A program made the translations under genes and the position numbers. From Diadema antillarum (taxonomy: Eukaryota), in the NCBI RefSeq assembly GCF_040938485.1, contig NW_027270917.1, positions 4,650,001 through 4,714,000 of the forward strand: a stretch of 64,000 nucleotides of DNA, read 5' to 3'. The notes beneath the pieces were generated by a model that ran no database searches, had not been told where the DNA came from, and saw only the letters and a program-made list of their open reading frames with translations. This document shows positions 1 to 15,000 of the stretch, piece after piece; positions within the stretch are counted from its first letter, which is position 1, and every line of letters starts with the position of its first letter.

Positions 1-351
1 ATAATTATGATTTCCACTTGTCACAATGCATTTTGCAACATCGCACGCGTATAAGCCTTAAAAATCATTAAGATAGACTCAAGAGCCTCGGAACTTTTTG
101 AAAGATGGAAGGGGGAGGGTGTCCAGGGTTTCCCCTCCCCACTTTATAGATAGAAAGTTCTGAGTCAGAGTGTTGTAATTTCTTCCTCCCGATTTTTCTA
201 AGATTTTTCCCGACTTCTTTTACAGACCCCCCCCCCCCCCAAAAAAAAAGTGTGTGTGTGTGTGTGTGTTGGGGGTGGGGGGGGGGGGCAGCCCCCCTCC
301 CCCACCGTTTCCTCGGCTCCTGAGATATGTACTTCACCGGCATAATTGTAA

Positions 352-360
352 GTGTGTGTG

Positions 361-401
<41 letters not shown>
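352..401. repeat. (TG)n microsatellite
   Basis: Direct reading; source of the THTHT/VCVC ORFs. Confidence 0.95.
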
Positions 402-403
<2 letters not shown>

Positions 404-1726
404 TCACGATTAGGGCAATAATACTGAATACAGTACATTGTAATTCGCACTCCTGCATGAAACTGGTTGCAGTGCATGCGCCCTCAATGATAGGTCAGTA
501 TTCCCTGACCCTTCCCCGTCGCTTATACAAGACGTATATCTGTAGTAATCATCAGTCAAAACAAGAATACATATAATCATCAACACTATCAACTTTCATT
601 TTCTTCCTTGTGCGAATAACATTAACAAGGAAATGTCACATACTCTTCAATAAATTCTCAATAGCATGGGAAATATGATATTACACGGTATAATATACTT
701 AGTATTTGAAATATTTTTTGATATGCTTGTCTCGATTATTTCATAAATTTGATATCAAAATGCTAAACAAGTTGCGAAGCTGAGCCAGAGTATTTGGTAA
801 GATTGCGATGGAAGGTATAACATTCACAAGTCACATCACCAAATAATGCATGTCAAACCTGAATCATTTCCAAACACAACGCATACTAAATGTCTTTTGC
901 AAAACCGTTAAACTTTGCTGCAAATCAAGCACGAGATTTACACGATAATAACTGTATTATGCAAGAGAACATGCTATCGCAATAAGATCACTGTCTTCTA
1001 TACCGCTTCTTTGGTCATAATTCGAGTATTGTGAAAATAATATATTGTCAAACCCTTTCAAATATCAAACAAGGATTTAACTGCTGCTGTTTGTGTGCTA
1101 TGACAGCGAGAAACTGTACTGCATAATGAATATGGACATTTTACTGCAAATAGAAAAGGTTTTCATTACAATATTCCATTCTGCACATCTGGCATACAAA
1201 AGAATTCCATTATATATGAGGCTATGTTCACAGTGATTCAAGAAAAAAAAAATGTTTGCGCATTGTCAAATAGTGTTTAAAAAGTCACTTTAGTCTGTAT
1301 GAATCACATTGAAGAAGACATAATGAGAAATTAGTACACGATAGAACGAATAAAAAGAAGAATAAGAAAAAATAAAACCACAAAGCCTAATTGATATTAT
1401 TGATGCTACCAGAACATATATTTTCTAAGTGCTAAAATGAATTAGAATAATTTTTTTCCTTCCTGTATTAGTACAAAATAGTTCCTTGACCTCTCTGACT
1501 CTTACACATCGCCGGAAGATAGAAGAAAGTAAATTTTGATTGAGCAACTGACATCTCTCTTAAAACCATTGATATAATGAAATCAATTAAAAAACACACT
1601 GATGATATATATAATTATGAATCATAATGACAGTAATAATAGTAATAATGCTTCTGCTGATGATGGTAATAGCAGTATTGATAATAATAGTTCATACGAC
1701 AAAGAATGAAATAATGATATATCAAT

Positions 1727-1732
1727 TTTATT
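1727..1732 (-). terminator. Candidate polyadenylation signal AATAAA for the P450
   Basis: First minus-strand AATAAA I found downstream of the stop codon (about 1.05 kb), followed by a U-rich tract. Not verifiable without 3'-end data. Confidence 0.3.
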
Positions 1733-2146
1733 GATAACTCTAGTAACACTGACAGTACTAATAGTGAAAAGAAAACATATCAAACCAATAGAGAATACAC
1801 ACGATGTTACTTGACGAAACGACAATCACACACTGTAATGAATAAATATCAATTAAATTTACGTCTCGCATTGCTACAGATGTATAGGCGTATGGAGAAA
1901 CAGCATACCACATTAAAATGTCGTTTCGGAGAGAGCAAAGATGGGGAAAGATGTTGGAATAATAATGAACTGAGATATACAAGGTAACATCAGAATGACG
2001 TGAGATACGTGGGCTAATACGTTGCCTTCATTTTAAACCAAACATCGATGGTTTACGTATAGGTCCAGTCACCTCGGCACTTCGTCCAATAGGCTCTTGA
2101 ATGAGAATCAGACATGCAGATAAAGGGATCTGTCATCTAAAGACGT

Positions 2147-2301
2147 GGGTCCCGTTTCATAAAACCTGTTGCCAGTAACAACTGCCACATCTCTATGACA
2201 AATTCGCTCTCAGCCACTCAGATGCAAGGTTTTCAGTAGCTTATAACAACTATCGTAACTTGTTACATGTATTGATAACAAGTTTTTATGAAACGGGGCC
2301 G
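2147..2301. mobile_element. Short MITE, second copy, probably in the P450 3' UTR
   Basis: GGGTCCCGTTTCATAAAAC ... GTTTTTATGAAACGGGGCC; colinear with 52079-52230. Confidence 0.7.
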
Positions 2302-2785
2302 GTATCGTGGGTATACCATGCTTGGAGTCGAAAGGCTGGCTTGGGTCGGATATATTCAAGAATCCCCGTAACGAATTGTGTACAGCTTGATCACTGACTT
2401 ATGTATTTAGTATAACAAGAATCTCGACCGGAGTCGACCGTTACCGACATGTGTAGCTTCGATGAATATATTCTCTGACACGTGGCTGACGGACGCTATT
2501 CGTGGCTCCAGAATGTACCCCGGTGGGCAGCCGATGAAAATTGATTCAATCAGACCTACCCATGTTTCACCACGCTATCTGGTCATAAAACGCACCCAGC
2601 GCCAGAAGCAACCATCTTGTGGCTCAAGACTCAAGACCTGATTCACAATCCCTGTAACTTATTCAGCGTCAGTTCAGTTTGTCCACATCGCTGATCTTGC
2701 GTTGTCCTTGGAACACACATTTTTGAATTTTTCTCTCTTTCTTGTAGTACGAATATTCGTCTTAATTAATGCGCTGAGCCAATTT

Positions 2786-2896
2786 TCACCTGTCCATGAA
2801 GCTGATCTTAAGCGGCGCTCCTGGCACGAGGATGCCACGGACGGCGGGCAGGACTTTGTCGTCGCCTCGGTAACGGAGCTCGAACGTTTTGGAGAG
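2786..2896 (-). CDS. P450 exon 9 coding part (111 bp incl. TGA)
   Basis: LSKTFELRYRGDDKVLPAVRGILVPGAPLKISFMDR*, a typical CYP27-like C-terminus. Acceptor TTTTTCTAAAG|. Confidence 0.9.
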   Translation of the reverse strand, partial: LSKTFELRYRGDDKVLPAVRGILVPGAPLKISFMDR

Positions 2897-3510
2897 CTTT
2901 AGAAAAATAAAAGAAACACACAAACAAAACGATCACCTGAAGTACAAACACGAAATCCTCAGAGTATGTGTATAGCCATTAGTTTACTTCAGTTTCAGCT
3001 TCATTTTTTTTCTCGATTGACACCCTAGGCTCATAAGTAGTATATCAGTGGGGGTTGGCTGAGAGAAGTTGACGATAAGGGCTGTGCACGTTTAATTACA
3101 GTTATAGATATGCTTATATTTTGAAGCAAACTAGTCTTTAGAGCACATTCCAATAAAGTTTACACAATGATTGCTGAAAGATTTTGTTTTGCGGCCCTTA
3201 GGTTTATTCTGTTTACTTTATTTTAATTAGTTTTGTTTAGTTTACTAGTAGTTTAGTTTTTGGTTCGATTTCATTATACTTTTTACTTCCTCTCGTTACA
3301 GGCCTTCGCGGTTGTCAGTCACGAAGGTGTTTTGCGGCAGTTATGAGCTCTAAATCGCACTGTGAAAGCCATGGTTTAATGCTACTCAATCCAGAACAAT
3401 AATGTAAACCGTAGCTGAAGGCGAGCGCTGCTGTGCCAAGAATATCTATCGATATATCTGTCTGTCTGTCAGTTTATCTATCTAACTATTAATCTACCTA
3501 AAATATAAAT

Positions 3511-3582
<72 letters not shown>

Positions 3583-6500
3583 AGAGGGGCGGGGAGAGAA
3601 AAGAGATTGTGTGTATGCTTAGCATTTAGGTAGATGAAAACGGGAGGGAATGATCAGAGAGTTTATTCATATTAGATATGTCGATTACAATATCTCACAA
3701 TATAATTAAAGTAATAACATTAATATAACATAACGATATATTCTATTAAACAATATGAAGAGTTTGAGCACAAAACGCGATAACTCCATTCGTGTCAATT
3801 TCATATATTTGTAACTGAAGCTTCTAAAAAATAAAAAGTAATAAGAAAATGAAAAACATTTTTAATCATAACTGCAAAAATATCCCTTGATATGATGTAA
3901 CAAGTGAGGTATAGTTGGAAAGGTTTTACTTTGCGCTATCTGATGATGAACTTACTTTAAAATGTTTAAAAATGGCGCTTAGCCCAAACTCTTCATATAC
4001 GCAGATAATGCGTTAACCCATTCCCTATACTGGAACCTGTTGTCCTGTTAGTGTATTATGTCCGCGGAGATTTCGGAATTCAGTATGGAATGGGTTAAAG
4101 ATAAGCCTTACCCGTGCCAGGGCGAGATGCATCTCCATCTCGGCAATCCTGCGGCCGATGCACATCCGGGGACCGAAGCCGAAGGGCAGGGAGGAGAAAG
4201 AAGATACGCCCTCGCCCACTCCCTCGGCCCGCAACCATCGATCGGGTCGGAAGGCGTCGGGATCGGGAAAGAGTTCCGGGTCGTGACTCATCACGTACTG
4301 AAGAGAACCGATCATGGTCTGAAAGATTTGAAAAAAAAATCGACAACAATCGCAAGATAACGATTAGCTCCCTCAATGCAAAAAATTGCGAACAATGTTC
4401 CCATCCATATTAGTTCTTCTTTCTTCGGTATATCTCAACGTATTAGAAATGATAACTAGGGAGATAGAAAAAACAACAACATAAATTTGTAAGACATTCA
4501 AAAATGACAGAATGATTCCTAGTGAGGTAATGAGAGTCATCCGGAGGGTGACACGACATTTGCTCCTGCGACAATTGCTCCGGTCTTTTTCTCCAAGGAC
4601 ATAGAGTTAAAAGGGTTTGGGTTTTAGGTGCAGTTTGATGTGAGGACTAGGATTAGGGTTATATAGGGTTATGTTTGTGGGTAGCTTTCATGCTTAGCTT
4701 AGGGTGCAGATATTTCATGGGAGCAAATTGTCGCAGGGGCAAAATATTTATATGTGTCATGGAACTCATCTGGACGGATGTGAAAAGACTGACTCACGTT
4801 TGTATCAACTAGAGAGAGTTGAATCTCACTGGAGATGACAATGAAAATATATTGATTACATATGCATGAGATATATAACATATATAATGTAAGACTATCG
4901 TTCTTTCGATATGGTTGATTTGATTAATATCACAATGATTTATAATGAAAAATACAACTCCCTACAATATTGGGTAGATGAAAAAGAAAACCGGACATTA
5001 ACAAAATGTGATTACACATTATAATTGCCAAATTTACACATCGTAGGAACATGTACGCCTACTCTATGAAGCATGTAAAATGTCAGCCACTTACTCCTTT
5101 AGGGATGTGGTAGCCCCCGATTTCGACATCTTTGTCCAACACACGGTTATTTGCTGGCACAACGGGGTACAATCTGCGGATATCAAAAGAATGACGACAA
5201 AATATTCTATCTGACATTTGCCTCGTAAACAGAGAACTACCGTCTGTAAACCCGTCGTTATTGTCTCCCTACTATAACATTGATAACTGGAACCACTGGA
5301 ATGGAAATTATTAGGGACGAACACACACACAAAATTAATACATATAAAAAACAAGACATTTCTACTTCGTCCTCGCGAACACGCATCTTCCCATATTACC
5401 TCGTGGAGGTTTGATAAACAAAATATTACAATCTATAGGCATTTAGGAAAGACTTCTCTTATTATTCGCTCAAGTCATAGATTCACTAAACCAAGCAGAG
5501 CATGAATCTCATTCACTCATTGAAAAGACTCTAGTTTATAATAGCTTTTGAACAAAACTTACACGATGCGACATGCGGTAGTTGTAAGTACTGGGTACAT
5601 CTCTCAAGTAATTAAACAAATTTCTTCTTTTAACAGCACAATACTATTGCTTGTGCTTATCTACTTGTGTAATGTTTTGTGATCATATCAATCATTGCAT
5701 TTGTCATTCTTTATGTCTCTGAAATTCATGTTGAATTTGTATTTGCTTTGATGCAGAAATAAACGAAACCAAATCAAACCCGAGAAGGTTTCGAAGCCTT
5801 CATCACCCAAACAAAAATGGCATAATTCTCGGAATACTGACCTCAGAGTTTCTTTGATAATTCCCTTCAGGTAAGGCATGTTGGGCAGATCGTCATGCTC
5901 CGGAATGTCTCGACCGCTAAGTGCAAGAGCGCCCTCTATTTCGGCGAACAGACGCTCCTGAGTGTCGGGGTGACGGGACAGCTCGTAAAGCGTCCAGGCC
6001 AACGTGTTGGACGTCTGTGGTAAGATATAACGAAATATGTGACTTAGCGTTGCTTTTTGACATCATCATCATCATCATCATCATCATTATCATCATCTTC
6101 GTCTTCATCTTCTTTATCAACAAGAATAACCAGCATCAATAAAAGCAAGTGATTGGCACAAACTGTGCAGTACTGAAAGGAAAGCACTGATTAGCGAGCT
6201 CGCGAAATAACGACAATGTTCGCAAATACCTACTTGTGATTTGTTACATCTGAAAGTAATAACGCGAATGTCCCTATACTGATTGGTTAGGGGGTGATCT
6301 GCGTTCGATCTTCCTGTTTTTTGGCAAAGATAGCATATAGCAAGTGATTACGTCATATTTCCTTGCTTAGTTCATTAGTTTCCGCTTAAACAGTTAAAAA
6401 GAGAAATATTATAGAGACAGCTCATGTTTCCAATGATTTCTTGCTCACATCTGCTTTTAATACCTTCTGCACTTTGTTTACATTAATCACTGGCACTAAA

Positions 6501-9045
6501 ATGTCCCTCATACTCAACTCATTCTACAGACTGCAACACTTAAAGGTTACTGCCTCAATTACTGACACAAATGTTTTTGCTTTATGATGTTGTAGCCACG
6601 GAGCTCGATATTAGCGGTGGCCCTACATGTACATGTTGGCCCGGCCACCAGTTTTTAAGAAAAGATTGTGTAGATTATTTTTTTCATGTGTATCCCACTC
6701 AAAAAGGGGAAAATGAATCGGGGCTCAGTGCTTCACAACTGTACGCATTTCAGCAGACACCGCTACCAGGGTTGCAAGATAGTCCTCGCGACAGAACTCG
6801 TCTATTTAACGGCAAAATTCCGCAAAGCTATTTTTCTACCTCTCATCCGACTTTTATCTTTCCAAGTATAGAAGCATATATACTCCTATATGTTAAATGA
6901 AATCATTTCTTGAATGCGTGCACAGTGTCGTGGAAAACTATGTTTGTGCCTCAATTCAACATGAGCTTGGTAGTTATTATAAGTGACGTTATTTGAATGC
7001 CGTTGTCATACTTGTCAATATTCAAATAATCTTTATCATGGGGAGCGGTGATGTGGATACTGAAAGTCAAATATCGATCGTGATTTTGTTTGATACTACG
7101 TAATCCCGGGAGAGAAGTTGTGAGGCATCAGGCATTCTGATGTGCACGTTGTTGCGACTGACATCCTTGAGGCATTAAAGCAAACATACTTATTCCAGAG
7201 AATTTCATCATGATCATCATCGACCAGTATACATCTGCAATGCGCCATGGTTTATGACATTGTTTTAATGCTTTGTGAATCTTTTCATTTCTATGTTTTC
7301 TTTACATTTTTGGGTCACCAAATTTATATGGTCGGGCCACAAAAAACAAAAAAACAAAAAAGCAAAAACGCAATTTGATGATTTTGGTGCGAAAAGTAAA
7401 GTAAGTGTCGAGCCTTGTGTGTAGCCATACACGTTTTTAAAGAAATGCTTTCAAAGATTTCCCTATCTCAGATCTTACCCTTTGGCTCCAATTAAAACAT
7501 TTGGTCAGTGAACAAGACAATTCAGAAGAGTCATACATGTGTAAGGGTTAAGTGCTATCTAGCATGGATTCTCTTTTTTAAAAAGCCTGAAACAAGAGGA
7601 GATTACACTCAATGTCTATTGGATGGCTTTTGGTGTTGATAATGCGGCTGATAGACACCAGAGGCTAATCAAAATCAGAGGAGCTGAGAGAAACAACAAT
7701 TTTGTTGAAAAACAACAAAAACAACAACGTGTGGGAGCAAAACTACATTGACAGGATGACGGACCGCGGGAGAACATCATTCTCATAAAGAGTGTGAGAG
7801 AAGAGACAGTGACAATAAGAAGCAGACGAGATCGCCAAATCGATAAGCAAAAGTTCACAGAGTCGAAGGAGTGCCGACTGAACTCTTCATCTTCTTCATT
7901 AAAGAAATGGTGTTGTTCAAAAGAAAAACCAGATCAAGGCATGCTAGTTGCCAAAGCAGCACCCGAAGTTCTTTAAGGGAGAAAGGCCAAGCTGGCCCTC
8001 TTGGCCTCTTGACGCGTTGCGTCTGCAATTGATTTGTGTCATCAGTGCCGGACCGCCCTTGCGTCTCTTCCGATGAAGGGACATTTCCGCTCCTGATTAA
8101 AACCGACTTATCAATGTGGGAAAAACGACTTGCTGATGGGGCTCGCTAGAGATATCTTTAAAGGGAACATTTTATCGCTTTCTAGGCTGGAACGTAATTT
8201 TTAAATTCACAACAGATCATTTTGAGGTCATGTGTTCGAATCAATCTACCAAAATGCAAGTCGAGGACGATGTATACTGCTAAGATGAGTTACGGCTACC
8301 TTTTGGCACCCCAGGCCGACAGAAACGGGACAGGTGGTCGTGGAGAGGACGATTACACGCCGCTGAGCAACTTAAGTGACATCGTAGGGATTCTCATCAA
8401 GGAATGAGGACTATCCGTAGGAAGAATGTGACTACATGTTATTTTCTCCGTTTCGCGCGATCGACATCAGGCCTGGGAACAATATCCGGCCTTCTCATCT
8501 TATGAAATGAAAAATGCGCTTTACTGCGCGTAAAACACATTTAATCATAAACAGCATTAGCCATATTCAAGTTTGCTGGAAGAGGCCATATTCATTATTT
8601 ATTGTCTAGTCATGCTGGAAAGTGGAAGCAATCTGCGCAGTGATTACGCATTAACGCACATCCTGTTATCAACACCGGCATTCGGACCAGCAAAGCAGCA
8701 CGTGCCCACATCCATACAATCATAACTCTCTGTTTGTTTAAGTTCTATTTTCTTGTTGTTAACTTTGTTGATGCTGTGTGTGTGTGTGTGTGTGTGTTTC
8801 TTGATCATAATCCTCGACATGCATGGCAGATGGCTTTAACAGTTTAGCCCATAACTCCCGGGTCCGCTTTATGTCATACTCACTTTCAGAAGTGGAAAGC
8901 GCGGATTTGATTCAATGACTTGGTACAAACACAATAAATAATTATCATCTGCAACCGCACAGTCAAAACAAAACAAAATGAGAGAAATATACTTATGTTT
9001 TAACGCAGTATAATAATAATAATAATAATGATAATAGTGATAATG

Positions 9046-9097
<52 letters not shown>

Positions 9098-12000
9098 ATA
9101 ATAGATAATATGTCTTTATATATACTGCGCCAAAGCCACTCTGTAGAGTGGTCAAGGGACATACATACTATCACATATAGGCCTACTCGAAATGTCTTCT
9201 TAACGTTACTATGACAACAACATGCAGATGAGCCTGGAATGACTGTAAAAGTGAAGGACTTAATCACACATTTATTTTTCAATGGGTTTCTTGTGCTGTG
9301 TCCTTATCTCACAAAGAAATATAGCTCGTTTTCGTATTCAGGATAATGCATGTGTGAGTGTTCGATCGGATCGAAAAAAAAGGTATTCACCAAAATAGTG
9401 GCTGGAAATAAAAATGAATAATCATGGGATAAGACGTAAAAGTAAAAACAAACAATCAATCAAACAAACAAACAAACAAACAAACAGGCTAGCTTTACGT
9501 ATCAGACGGCACTTCTAAATCTCAATCACATCATAATCATTTTCAGAGATGCGACTGAGCAGAAGAATAAAACAGATGGATAATCACACTTGCTGGTAGC
9601 AGGAGCTGATGAAACAAAAGTTGTAGGTGCAGACATGCAGACAAAATAGCAGTGGTAATAAAAAAGATATACTAGATCTTAAAAACCAGCAGCATTCTAC
9701 GAAACGAAACACAGCTGCGTGTGAGGACAATTTTGATGCTTGCACAAAGAAAAGAAGAACACGACAGAGATACCATTCAAAATAATTAAACGTTCGTATA
9801 AAAAAAAATGAAACGAGAGCGCGGATTTTCCGGGCGCGTACGCGTCGTAATGGTTCAGTTCCACTTTAACAGCACAAACACTCTCCTTATGACACTCGAC
9901 ACTCTGTTCGTATTACCAGAAATTGGTTTATCGCGGGGGAGGGTCAGTCTATTACAATGCGCCCGGTTTATACTTGCGGTAAAGTTGAACTGATTACCAT
10001 AATTAGATCTGCATGGTATAGGCCATCCAACTAACTCGCAACTTCTGCGTTATGATTCAGCACTTTGCGATCTGTGCAGCACTGTTCATCAACTCGTGAG
10101 AACACGCAGAAGATGACATGCATGTAGCTGGTTGGAAGGGGAAGGGGTACAAAATTATAACAAGCGCATAAAGAGTACTCGAATTATTCAGCAGACTGTA
10201 AAGTCATGACTAAGATCATTTGAGTAATTATGCAAATCATCTTCATATCTAAGCTCCCTTTCCAAGGTTTGAGTTGAAGGACCGAACTGACTTCGTTTCG
10301 CACGTTGTAGTTTCCCCGTGCTTGGCAATGATATGTCCGTTAAATATCTCGGACGGCAAACCGAAACATTATCTTTAGCCCCCGTCCACAGCACTCCACG
10401 TCTAAATCACGTACAAAAAGTTATGAAAATCTGGTGGACGTGGTCGTAAGTGGTAACTTTTTGGTCAATTTTGGTTCGGCCGTGCTTTGTACGGGGTATG
10501 GCCGTGGGCGGCTGTTCCACTGCTGAAGCACTGCCTAAGCACGGTTAACCACGTCCAGGCACGTGTATGTACGCCGAAAATCCATTTGTCAGTGACAAGC
10601 CGCTAAACGCACGCTAGTTCCCGTGATACCAACGCGTAACACCCGTCAGATAACCGTGCTCTGCCCGTGACAGACCTCAAAACTGTCGCGTCTTACTGCG
10701 TCTCCCCAAGTTTTAATCACTGCCGGAACACGGACTACCACGTGTGTTTCACGTGTGTTGCACGTCTTTACCACGTATGCCGCCCGTGGTTGTCCGCGGA
10801 ATAAAGTTTTGAGCAGTTCAAAACTTTTTACCGCGTCCGACGCCGTTCCGATTTTTCCCCGGGTCCTGCCACGTCTATAAATCGACCGTAGCTCGTCTTA
10901 AACTCGACATCAACGCGAACAACATCGTCTGCTTCACGGGAGACTACGTTTTGACGTGTTTTGGCCGTGATTAAGCCGTAAAGCGCTGTGTGACCGGGGT
11001 TTTTATATGAGCAAAATCCCGGACAATTGTAACTCTTACAAGGCGTGGGAAATCAAGAACATAAATGGTAACGTATCAAGGGTCTTCGCGATGCGTTTCA
11101 TTCATTGTATTGCGAGAAAACTTTATCCTCTGACAAGGTAAATTCGGAGAGGGAGAAAGAAACAGGAATGTGTCAGGTAGGCACTGTTACATGCTTTGAA
11201 AAACAAACTCTCGTACTATTCGCGTCTAATCCAATTTCACAGCACAGACAGGTGTAGACATAAACGGACCAGACGGATTTTCCACGCGCCCATCAGGCAT
11301 TTCGTTACTCATCCGACCGCAAATGGTTAACGCACAAGCCCACTCCGAGAGAACACGAGTGGAACTATGTGCGTGACCTCTATATCAATCGACACTTCCG
11401 ACGTAACGAAAAGCGCTCGCAAATTCATCACTACCGAGGTATTTACCACATTTAAACGGCTTTTCCAGATTACTTTCTCTGTTTGTATTTTCTTCTGTAT
11501 CATGGAGCGAGTTGGGATGGGGAGGGGTTTGGTTGGAGGGGAGAGGAAGGGTTGAATATCATATGGGTATGTTGGACGCAAAACTCGGAACAGAAGACTG
11601 TGACACACATTGGGATGGCGGTATAGGGTAAATCGATTCCGCATCACCGGGAGGAGGTGGACTGATTGGATACCTGGATTGCTACCAAGCCAGTCTGATT
11701 GATCGGCCGCACAGTATGTCACTATCCCAAGGGGTCTACGAGCGGGCGCTATGGCATCCCGAACACACATGCGATTGACTGCCAAACAGAACGGCTGTTT
11801 CATGACTTAAAAGGACAAGTTCACACAAACATACATGTGTGGATTGAGTGAATGCAGCAATATGATTAAGAAAACATCATTGAAAGTTTGAGGAAAATCC
11901 GACAATTCGTTCAAAAGTTATGAATTATAATCCAAGTGTCTGTGCAACCATCGCTGGATGAGAAGACTACTGCAGCTTATGATGTCACGTACAACTGTAT

Positions 12001-15000
12001 GTACAACGACTCAAACTTTCACTGATGCGTTCTACCAATATTGGAGCATTCAATCAATTCACGCATTATTTGGGTGAACTTGTCCTCTAAGCGCTCTTTT
12101 TTTTGGGGGGGGGGAGGGGTAATCTCAATGAAACACTTATATCGAGCGAAAACGAAAAGCTGTCTGTATTAGTGAAAATCATGTTAATATAACATTTCAA
12201 ACATTTTACTTTCTTGGAAGCAGCGGCGAAAGAGACAACGAAACAAAGATCGACAGTGACGAGGGCAAAATGTAGTCTGCTGTTCTCAAACGTATGGACG
12301 TTTTTCTGTCTTAAGACTTTCGAAGATACAGTGGTTAGTATTACGGAAAAGCAAATAACATTCAAAGATCCATATCATTGTCCCCAGCCTATTCTCTCCC
12401 CTCCCTCTTTTCGACTTTTCTCTCTCTCTTCCACAGCTTCTTCACATCATTTTATTTCTATCACGTGAATCGTTATCCCTGTAATGATGACATACAACTG
12501 GCACTCTGTTGGTGCACTTTTTTTGTTTGTACATTTTCCTCTTACTTTCGGGTCACATGCACTTTCTTGACACATACAACAACATAAAAGCCAACTGTCT
12601 CATCAATGAAACTTTGGATAAAAGGACCAATAGAGGTGCGGGCGGGAAAGAGATACATAGTAACAGCTGGGGCGGAGACTACTAATCCCAGATATTTCCA
12701 CCACTTCTCGAACATGTCAGCACTGAATCACTTTGCACATCAGCAGCGCTGTCGCTTGATGTAGAACAGACGCCGCACATAAACTACGAATATTGCCAAT
12801 GGCAGTGATCACTTGAAATTCTTTCTGAATGCTCATTTTCGTTTTTTTAAGGCAATACACCAGAAGAATACAATCACAACATTCTGAAACACACAAAACA
12901 AACAGTGAAACGCGATAAAAAGATCTATACACAACTATGGTATAGCGAATCATAATCACAAAGTGCACGTTTGGAATCTGTAGCGATTCACTGTTCAATC
13001 TAAAGCGTGACTGCTTCTCTGTGCTTCTGCGAAACTTTCAATTTCCCCTTTGTTTGACTTTTTCAACTTACCCGTGTGAATTAGCGACACATTGCATGAT
13101 ACATCATAATCCCAAATGGATTTTCGGCAGACAAAATAGATTAGATGGCCAACAACAATAGTTAATGTTACGAGGGAAAAAAGGTTTACATCTTACAAGA
13201 GGAATGGAAGCACATCTTCGTTCACTCTGAGATATAGGACCTACGCATGTCTCATTCTGGATGGTAATCAACAAGACGATACCATGAAATGAACAACTAA
13301 AGACTGGATCAATTTTGCCCATTTTTGACAGTGTTTCTGTATTCTCTTTTTTCTCTCTCTTTTCGGCGAGGCTTACTCATCTCATATACCGAGAGACTAG
13401 AAATCTCAACACGAATCTTCCTCTTCGCGAAGTATAATAATGTAATGGTTTCCATGCGCCTTTAAACAGTCCCTAAATTGAATTTGCTCGCGGACAGGAA
13501 CCAAAACCAGGTCCGTGGCTGATCAGGCTGATAGGGTACACGAATTAACAGGGGCTTTGCTGCAGATCGAGTTACGCGTTTTCCGGAACTCGTCTACAGC
13601 GCCTCGTGCGGGGAAGCCGAAACAAGCACACACTCACCACCACTTGTGCTGATTGGAATGAATCTAGTTTTACACGTGAACAAAATCACATTCGGGTCTT
13701 TCAGATCGCAACACCCGACTTCTCTCAGTTTCTGCAGTTCATTTTTACCACGAGACAATTTCTCCTCAAGGAAATTGTCGACAAATTGCAGATCACCATT
13801 ACTTGGGACTCCAAATCACTTCTAGACAAAAATGTTTATTATTCATCATACCTCAGTTATGGCGTATACGATTTGCAAGACGCAAAAGTTGGAATTCTGT
13901 TGTGATTAAATCATTTCCATCTTAAAATCTTTGTGTTCTTTGATCCTTGATTGATTCATTTAAATCATTTTTATATTCATCTACAAATTCGTATCGCTCG
14001 TAAATCCAACCCAAGCAGCACATTAAGCGTGATTTCTTTTTTCAGCATTAGGGTATATCATCCCTCCTTGATAAGATGCAGTTGTATATGGGAAAGTGCA
14101 CTACCCGCGAGATAGTTAATCTAACATCACTCAACAAAGGGGCAAATTGTGTTCAACATTTCAAGAAATCTCAGCGGCATTTGAACGAAAATGCATTTTT
14201 TTTTTTCACTTTCGGCATATGCATCTTCCTATTCGCCACTCTAATATATCGTTTTATCCGGAGGATTTATGTCGTTAACGGGAGTGGCTATCCGATTTCC
14301 TAGAATCTGTAATTCAGCGGAGGTCCGGGGAGAGACAAAAGCACGCGAACTCTCGCCATGTTACCACAAGAGTCTCTTTCTATTTTCTCTCCCTATCTCA
14401 TATATATATATATATCATCTCTCCCTCTTGCTCTCTCACTCTTCTTCGTCAGAAATACATTCACACCCGCGCTGTCCTTTCTTCCTTAACGGATCTCATG
14501 TATCGATCGAAAGAGTTCTGATGTCCATTTATGTCGAGTTTCATAATGAGAACAAAATCCTGAATAAATCAATCCTGACCGGGTTTTCCTCATTCCCCCG
14601 TTCAAGTTCTTGTTTCTTGTGATGTGTGCACCATTTTTTTCTCCCTTCTTCTGCCTTGCTGTCTTCCCTGGCCCTCTCATTTAGAGAATGATTTTTTTTT
14701 TCTTGGGGAAACGAGTTTTCCGGAGTGCTCCGTATCGAGGAACTTGGTGTTAAACATCGCCGCCCACTGTACACCACCCATCAACCTATATCACCATCAT
14801 GGTTCCTCGAGTGAAAGCGAACGCTATTCCGTTCCTCCCTGCCCCCACCCTTTGACAGCACTGTTTCCTCTCTCGCAGCTGGTTTGGGTAATTCCCGTGC
14901 TCCTTTTTCCACCGTTTTATCAAATTAGAGTTTCTCGTCATCAGCAAAGTAACGTCCGAAATGTTTGTCACTGAACATGAAGAACTACAAAGCTTAAAGG

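Noticed and set aside
68-592. ORFs with THTHT/VCVC runs, and other homopolymer ORFs (poly-M/I at 5917-6142, poly-Y at 8869, poly-H at 27205 and 55363, poly-I at 35974)
   Set aside because: Read-through of microsatellites; no splice context or domain signal.
2729-2747. Strong-looking + strand splice acceptor (polypyrimidine-TAG) just past the stop codon, suggesting an antisense exon
   Set aside because: Explained by a purine-rich P450 3' UTR; no coding or partner-exon evidence.
4058-4413. ORFs on the opposite strand or in other frames over P450 exons (also 2702-2902, 18281-18808, 23490-23699, 25766-26065, 26773-26970, 63219-63605)
   Set aside because: Shadow ORFs caused by stop-poor, GC-rich coding exons.
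7616-7976. Possible LINE (RTE-like) ORF2 tail or small gene
   Set aside because: No convincing motif in any frame.
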